A DNA stretch of 64,000 nucleotides from Gemmatimonadales bacterium (GTDB lineage: Bacteria; Gemmatimonadota; Gemmatimonadetes; Gemmatimonadales; GWC2-71-9): contig DAINRR010000005.1 of assembly GCA_036741715.1 (NCBI GenBank), forward strand, positions 25,203 through 89,202, written 5' to 3'. The translations under genes and the position numbers were made by a program. The number at the start of each line of letters is the position of its first letter. Position 1 is the first letter of the stretch. Positions 36,597 through 41,848 of this stretch are shown piece by piece. The notes below the pieces were generated by a model that was not told where the DNA came from, made no database searches, and was given only the letters and a program-made list of their open reading frames with translations.

Positions 36597-38344
36597 CAGC
36601 CGATTCTCCAGAGGAAGCTCAGCAGCTTCCAGTTGGTGAAGTAGTAGAGCATGAAGGCGAGGAAGAAGATGCCCACGAGCACGAGCGTGCCGGGCGTCGG
36701 GCCGGCCCAGCCGCGCGCGGGGGCGTGCAGCTCTTCATTGAGCGCATCGGCGCCCGGGCCGTGCACTGGCGGGTTGGTGAGCCCCTGGGGAATACCGCGG
36801 ATCGGCTTCCCGCGCGGGAACTCGGTCACGCGCTCGCCAAAGAACACCGACGTGACCGCGATCAGGATGAAGGCGAAGGCCCCCGTCGCCGCGATGACGC
36901 CGCCGATTCCGACCATCGCCATGAAGAGGTCCACCACCGGGCTGAACGGCACGTCGTGCGCCGACTGCGCAAAGCTGATGTCCCAGTGCCGGCGCGGGAC
37001 GCCGAAGCTGCCGGCGAACGTCATGCCGAACTCGAGGAGCAGCAGCCCGCCGGCGAACAGGTACGGCTGGATCTTCGCGAGCCCCCAGAACGCCACCTTC
37101 CGCTGGAAGATGAGCGGCAGGAGGTAGTAGGTCGCGCCCATGAAGGCCACGGCCGTGCCGCTCACCACCGTCGCATGGAAGTGGCCCGGAATGCGCAGCG
37201 TGTTGTGCGCGATGATGTTGATCTGCTCGGTGCCGATCGTGACGCCGGTGATCCCGCCGAAGAAGCCGAACACGACGACCGAGAGCACGAGCGACGAGAA
37301 GCCGGGGTCGCCCCAGGGCGCCTTGCGCAGCCACTCGAACAGTCCCTTCGTGTACCCGCGCAGTCGCATGCCGAGCTCGAGCCCGGCCGGCACCGTGAAC
37401 CCGTGGATCATCGACGCCAGCACCGCCATGTACATGAAGTAGGAGGTGTTGACGATCTTCCACGCCGGCCCGAAGCCCGGGTCCACGAGGAGGTGGTGCG
37501 CCGAAGCCATCGAGATGAAGAGGATGTAGAGCACGAAGGCCCATCGGCTCACCTTCTCGTTCAGCACGACCGCACCCACGGTGAGCGCACCCAGCATGTA
37601 CCAGATCGCCACCATCGCCGCGACGTTGATCTGCTGGGCCGAGTGCCCGAGCCCCCACCAGAGGAGCCGGTACATCTGGGGATTGACGCTGTCGACGAGG
37701 CCGATGGACCAGAGGAAGGTGGGGATGTAGACCATCGCCCCATGGAGCAGCGTGATGACGGCGATGATGGCCGCGGTCATCGCGCCGTAGACGACGAGCG
37801 GCATCGATCCTTCGTACGTCCGCTCGCGCTTCGCGATCGTGAGCGTCACGAAGAACTGGCCCACGACGCTCAGCGCGCCGACGGCGAAGAGGATGATGCC
37901 GAGATAGAAGAGCGGGTGCGCCTTGAGCGGCGGATACGAGGTGTAGAGCACGTCCGCCTTGCCGCTCCACTGCATCGCCTCGACCATCAGCGACCCGACC
38001 ACCATCAGCCCGAAGTTGAACCAGCCGTACCGCGGTGCCGCGGGTCGCGCGTTGAGCAGCACCGTGGCCGCGAACCAGAGCACCGCCATCTCGAAGAAGA
38101 TGATGAAGAAGATCAGCATGTTCATCCCGTGCACGCCGAGAATGCGGTAGTACCACTCGGCGGGCAGGAGATGGATCGCCTGCCAGCGGGTCAGCGCGAG
38201 GAGCAGGGCCGCAACGGCGCCGATCAGGAGCGCCACCACCGACACCACGGCGTTCGCGCGGATGAGGCGCTCCGCCTGCAGGTCGATGCGCCGGGTCGTG
38301 ATCGGGCAGGTCCGCACGGGGCGCTCGAGGGCCGTCGTGGTCAC
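36596..38344 (-). CDS. heme-copper oxidoreductase subunit I, ba3 (B-family)-like but lacking the helix-VI cross-link tyrosine
   Basis: Start is GTG 38344 (GGAGG 6 nt upstream), overlapping the subunit II stop (GTGA). Blocks 'YYRILGVHGMN', 'VLYTSYPPLKAH', 'LWWGLGHSAQQ', 'SAHHLLVDPG', 'NTLRIPGHFHATV' run collinear with ba3 subunit I. The track ORF 36596-39004 over-extends the N-terminus. Confidence 0.9.
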   Translation of the reverse strand: MTTTALERPVRTCPITTRRIDLQAERLIRANAVVSVVALLIGAVAALLLALTRWQAIHLLPAEWYYRILGVHGMNMLIFFIIFFEMAVLWFAATVLLNARPAAPRYGWFNFGLMVVGSLMVEAMQWSGKADVLYTSYPPLKAHPLFYLGIILFAVGALSVVGQFFVTLTIAKRERTYEGSMPLVVYGAMTAAIIAVITLLHGAMVYIPTFLWSIGLVDSVNPQMYRLLWWGLGHSAQQINVAAMVAIWYMLGALTVGAVVLNEKVSRWAFVLYILFISMASAHHLLVDPGFGPAWKIVNTSYFMYMAVLASMIHGFTVPAGLELGMRLRGYTKGLFEWLRKAPWGDPGFSSLVLSVVVFGFFGGITGVTIGTEQINIIAHNTLRIPGHFHATVVSGTAVAFMGATYYLLPLIFQRKVAFWGLAKIQPYLFAGGLLLLEFGMTFAGSFGVPRRHWDISFAQSAHDVPFSPVVDLFMAMVGIGGVIAATGAFAFILIAVTSVFFGERVTEFPRGKPIRGIPQGLTNPPVHGPGADALNEELHAPARGWAGPTPGTLVLVGIFFLAFMLYYFTNWKLLSFLWRIG

Positions 38345-38946
38345 AGGGCACCTCCATGCTCGATGCCGGCCGGCTTGTCGGCCACGGTGTTCCCGACCGA
38401 GTCCACCACGATCACGCGGCCCACCATCGTGTGGTGGCCGATCCCGCAGAACTCGTTGCAGATGATGCGGAAATCGCCGGACGAGGTGGGCGTCACGCGC
38501 AGGGCGTAGTCGAAGCCGGGCACGACGGCGAAGTTGATGTTCAGCGGATAGAGCGAGAAGCCGTGGTTCACGTCGAGCGCGGAGAGGTGGAGCATGTACT
38601 CCTTCCCCTGCTCGAGCTGCAGGATCGGATACCACTGGTAGGTGAGCCCCACGAGATAGACATCGGCGCCCGGCGGCGGCGCGGCGATCGGCATGCCGGC
38701 GTCGGTGCCGATCTCGTACTGCTTCGCGAACTCCACCGTGCGCTGGTAGAAGGCGCGGGGCTCCACGCGGCTCCGGACGCCGGCCGGATTCTGTCCCCCC
38801 TTCCAGTGCCAGAGCGGCATCATCGCGAAGAGCACGATGCACCAGGCGAACGCGATCGAGACCCAGATCCGCTCCGCCTTGTGCGCCGGTTTCCACCACA
38901 CGCCCGGGACCGGATCGATACCGGTATGGACCTTGGTCAGCGGCAT
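38341..38946 (-). CDS. heme-copper oxidoreductase subunit II with CuA centre
   Basis: One TM segment (IWVSIAFAWCIVLFAMMPLW). CuA ligands are 'DVNHGFSL' and 'ICNEFCGIGHHTM' (C-x-E-x-C-G-x2-H-x2-M). GGAGAA lies before the ATG. Confidence 0.9.
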   Translation of the reverse strand: MPLTKVHTGIDPVPGVWWKPAHKAERIWVSIAFAWCIVLFAMMPLWHWKGGQNPAGVRSRVEPRAFYQRTVEFAKQYEIGTDAGMPIAAPPPGADVYLVGLTYQWYPILQLEQGKEYMLHLSALDVNHGFSLYPLNINFAVVPGFDYALRVTPTSSGDFRIICNEFCGIGHHTMVGRVIVVDSVGNTVADKPAGIEHGGAL

Positions 38947-38955
38947 GCCGTTCTC

Positions 38956-39129
38956 CTAGGGAAGCGTGGCGGCGGGGAGGGAGACGATCTCCCAGAGGCC
39001 CCACCCGGTGAAGACGACGAGCATCACGAGCACGCCGAGGAAGAGCAGCAGGTACATGTTGTCGAAGACGCGCTGGCCGAGCGGGATCCGCTCACCGGCA
39101 TCGTCGTGGGGAGGGACTGACGGATCCAT
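38956..39129 (-). CDS. 57-aa single-TM peptide upstream of subunit II (not in ORF track)
   Basis: Hand translation gives ATG 39129 ... TAG 38958-38956. The product is MDPSVPPHDDAGERIPLGQRVFDNMYLLLFLGVLVMLVVFTGWGLWEIVSLPAATLP. GAGG lies 6 nt upstream and overlaps the Rrf2 stop region. It is packed 9 nt from both neighbours. It falls below the track length cut-off. Confidence 0.6.
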   Translation of the reverse strand: MDPSVPPHDDAGERIPLGQRVFDNMYLLLFLGVLVMLVVFTGWGLWEIVSLPAATLP

Positions 39130-39138
39130 GCGGCTACC

Positions 39139-39582
39139 TCACTTGGGTGAGCGGGTCAGGGCGTGCAGTCGGTGCCGTCTGGTCGCGACCGAATCCTCGA
39201 GCAGCGTGGCGATGGTCGTGGTGGTGAAATAGTTCTCGACCGTGCTCGCGACTTCGCTCCAGCGGGCGTGGGCCGCGCAGGGATTGCGGTCGCCGCAGGT
39301 CGGGCGGCCAAGCAGGCAGCGGAGGCCCGGCCGGGAGAAGGGCGCGATCACCACGGCCAGCGTCAGACGCTCGGGAGCGTGCGCGAGCCGGAAGCCACCG
39401 CGAGGGCCTCGCTCCGACGTCAGGACGCCGGCGCGCGACAGTGCGTGCAGGACCTTCGAGAGGTAGTTCCGCGGGAAGCCGGTCGCTGCCGCGATGCCGT
39501 CCACGCGGAGCGGCTCCCCACCCTCCCGCGCAACACAGAGGACGGCGTGAATCGCCTGCTGGGCCGTGCTGGAAAGCCACAT
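39139..39582 (-). CDS. Rrf2-family transcriptional regulator with three-Cys Fe-S cluster motif (NsrR/IscR-like)
   Basis: wHTH block 'AQQAIHAVLCVAREGGEPLRVDGIAAATGFPRNYLSKVLHALSRAGVLTSERGPRGGFRL'. Cys motif is 'RCLLGRPTCGDRNPCAAH' (C-x6-C-x5-C). Confidence 0.9.
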   Translation of the reverse strand: MWLSSTAQQAIHAVLCVAREGGEPLRVDGIAAATGFPRNYLSKVLHALSRAGVLTSERGPRGGFRLAHAPERLTLAVVIAPFSRPGLRCLLGRPTCGDRNPCAAHARWSEVASTVENYFTTTTIATLLEDSVATRRHRLHALTRSPK

Positions 39583-39611
39583 TCGATCGATGTCCGGGGG
39601 GAGGTACTGGA

Positions 39612-39633
39612 TTTATCATGCATTCATGATAAA
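39612..39633. promoter_or_regulatory. perfect 9-4-9 AT-rich inverted repeat, candidate Rrf2 operator in the divergent intergenic region
   Basis: TTTATCATG (39612-39620) - CATT - CATGATAAA (39625-39633). It lies in the 53-bp gap between Rrf2 ATG 39582 (-) and TTG 39636 (+), the only AT-rich patch locally. Confidence 0.5.
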
Positions 39634-39635
39634 CT

Positions 39636-41228
39636 TTGCGCAAGACCCTCGTGCGAATCCTTGAACGCGGTGCCCGACGCCTCCTCGGCGCTCTCGACGC
39701 CGGCGCCACCCGTGCCTGGGGATGGCGCTGGAATCCGCTGCACCAGAGCGGCACCATCGCCGTCGCCATGCTGCTGGCGCTCCTGGCGACGGGCATCTAC
39801 CTCGTCTTCGTCTATCGCGTCGGCGCTCCCTCCGCGTCCGTGGCTCGCATCGCCGCCGACCCGTGGCTCGGCGGCTGGATCCGGAGCCTGCACCGCTACA
39901 CGTCCGATCTCTTCATCGTCGCCGCGGCGCTCCACTTCCTCCGCATGTTCGCGCAGGCACGAAGCTGGGGCCCGCGCCGGCTCGCGTGGATCTCGGGTCT
40001 GATGCTGCTCGGCGCCGGCCTCGTCTGCGCCTGGACCGGCTTCGTGATGGCGTGGGACAGCTTCGGCGAGCGCCTCGCGCGCGAAGGGGCGCGGCTGCTC
40101 GACCTGCTCCCTGTGCTGTCGGAACCGCTGAGCCGCCTCTTTGCGGGAGACCGGCCGCTGCCGGACGCGTTCTTCTTCGTCAACCTCTTCGTGCACATCG
40201 GGCTGCCGCTCGCGATGGGAGCCCTCCTCTGGCTGCACGTCTCGCGCGTCGCGCGACCGGTGCTGCTGCCGCCGAAGCGCATCACGTGGACGATCCTCGC
40301 GGCGCTCACGGTCACCGCAGTGCTCCTTCCTGCCCCGCTCGGTCCGGCAGCCGATCCGTTCCGGCTTCCCTTCGACACGCCGACCAATCTCTTCTCCGCC
40401 TGGTGGCTGCCGTTCACCGAGCGGATGTCGCGCGGCGCCGTGTGGGGCGTCGGGCTGGGCCTGTCCGTCGCGCTCCTGCTCGTGCCGCGATTCACGCGGC
40501 GGCCGCGCGTCGAGCGCTGGGCGCCGAGCGTCGTGGATCCGCGGCTCTGTACCGGGTGCAACCAGTGCCCGCAGGACTGTCCGTGGGATGCGATCACGAT
40601 GGTCGAGCGGGACGACGACCGCCCGTCGCTCGTGGCGCTCGTGAATCCGGCGCGCTGCGTGAGCTGCGGCATCTGCGCCGGCTCCTGCCCGCCGATGGGC
40701 GTCGGGCCCCCGGGACGTACCGGGCGGGATCAGCTCGCTGCGGCGCGGGTGGTGATCGGTGCGGGGCTCGGGGACGCGGGGCGCGAGGGGGTGGGGGCGG
40801 GCAGTATCGTCGCCATCTGCTGCAGCATGGCGCCCGATTCCCATGTGGTGGCCCTCCGCGAGCGTGGCGCACACGTCCACCAGGTCACGTGCGTCGGCAA
40901 TCTCCATTCGTCGGTCGTGGAGACGTTCGTGCGGAGCGGCACGCCGGGAGTGGTGATCTGCGGTTGCCCGCCGCGCGACTGCGTCGGCCGCGAGGGGCCG
41001 AAGTGGCTGCACGAGCGCCTGTTCAACGCGCGCGAGGCCGAGCTCAAGCCGCGGGTCGATCGCCGGCGCGTCCGGACACTGACGCTCGCGCCGGGCGCGC
41101 GCGGCGAGGCACTTGCCGGGTACGACGCCATCGCACGCGATTTCGCGGCGCTCGATCTGCCGGGCGCCGAGCAGGTCGAGCCGGATCTCGTGTGCGTTCC
41201 GGTGCCGCTGGAGGAGGAGGATCGATGA
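39636..41228 (+). CDS. fusion protein: di-heme cytochrome b (N-terminal domain type) + 2x[4Fe-4S] ferredoxin + MvhD/FlpD-like domain
   Basis: Heme ligand pairs are 'SLHRYTSDLFIVAAALHFL' and 'FVHIGLPLAMGALLWLHV' (each H-x13-H). Two further TM segments follow. Then come 'CTGCNQCPQDCP' and 'CVSCGICAGSCP', then 'IVAICCSMA...VTCVGNLHSSVVETFVRSGTPGVVICGCPPRDC'. The start is uncertain (TTG 39636; GTG 39651 is possible). Confidence 0.85.
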   Translation: MRKTLVRILERGARRLLGALDAGATRAWGWRWNPLHQSGTIAVAMLLALLATGIYLVFVYRVGAPSASVARIAADPWLGGWIRSLHRYTSDLFIVAAALHFLRMFAQARSWGPRRLAWISGLMLLGAGLVCAWTGFVMAWDSFGERLAREGARLLDLLPVLSEPLSRLFAGDRPLPDAFFFVNLFVHIGLPLAMGALLWLHVSRVARPVLLPPKRITWTILAALTVTAVLLPAPLGPAADPFRLPFDTPTNLFSAWWLPFTERMSRGAVWGVGLGLSVALLLVPRFTRRPRVERWAPSVVDPRLCTGCNQCPQDCPWDAITMVERDDDRPSLVALVNPARCVSCGICAGSCPPMGVGPPGRTGRDQLAAARVVIGAGLGDAGREGVGAGSIVAICCSMAPDSHVVALRERGAHVHQVTCVGNLHSSVVETFVRSGTPGVVICGCPPRDCVGREGPKWLHERLFNAREAELKPRVDRRRVRTLTLAPGARGEALAGYDAIARDFAALDLPGAEQVEPDLVCVPVPLEEEDR

Positions 41229-41848
41229 TCCGAAGCGCCGGCCGGAGCATCGCGACGATCGTCGTCAGCGCGGCCGCCGCGATGGGTATTGCCGCCGGAT
41301 CGGGGGTCGCGGTGCCGTACCACGCCGATGACGCCGCGCGCCTCCGGCTCTCATGGAGCGCGCGGCCGGAGCGGATCGAGCAGTGCCGCACGCTGTCCGA
41401 AGAGGAGCTCGCGCTCCGGCCGGAGCACATGCGCCAGCGCATCGAGTGCGAGGGCGGCTTCGCGACCTACGCGCTGGCGATCGCGATCGACGGCCGGCGG
41501 GTCGACGAGGCGGTGCTCCTGGGCGGCGGTGTTCGCAACGACCGGCCGATCCACGACCTCAGGGACCTCGATGTCTCGCCCGGCCGGCACCGGGTGCAGA
41601 TCTCACTCACGCGGCGCGAGGCCGATGCGTCGGGAGACGAGGACGACGATGAGGATGACGACGACGATGCCGGCATCTCCGCCGACCGCGCGCAGCGCGA
41701 GCGGACGGAGCGCACGCGCCGCCAGCGCGCGGCGCTTCCGGCGGCGGTGACGCTCGATACGACGATGGTGCTTGAGGCCGGCCGGGTCGCGGTCATCACC
41801 TTCGATGCCGGGCGGCGCAGCTTCATGATCGTGCCGGGTGCGCCCTGA
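41225..41848 (+). CDS. membrane-anchored hypothetical protein with poly-acidic insert
   Basis: ATG 41225 overlaps the stop of the cytochrome b fusion (ATGA). N-terminal anchor is IATIVVSAAAAMGIAAG. Acidic run is 'SGDEDDDEDDDDDAG'. This is only the last 207 codons of track ORF 39722-41848. Confidence 0.65.
   Translation: MIRSAGRSIATIVVSAAAAMGIAAGSGVAVPYHADDAARLRLSWSARPERIEQCRTLSEEELALRPEHMRQRIECEGGFATYALAIAIDGRRVDEAVLLGGGVRNDRPIHDLRDLDVSPGRHRVQISLTRREADASGDEDDDEDDDDDAGISADRAQRERTERTRRQRAALPAAVTLDTTMVLEAGRVAVITFDAGRRSFMIVPGAP

Noticed and set aside
36725-38509. 594-aa plus-strand ORF and 540-aa alternative minus frame (36735-38357) inside the oxidase locus
   Set aside because: The frame 36596-38344 carries all heme/Cu ligand motifs and 12+ hydrophobic helices. 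The alternatives are Arg/His/Glu-rich or Arg/Gly/Pro-rich.
39722-41848. 708-aa plus-strand ORF
   Set aside because: For most of its length it is an alternative frame of the cytochrome b fusion gene and is Arg/Pro/Ala-rich. Only the last 207 codons, from ATG 41225 overlapping the upstream stop, are credible.
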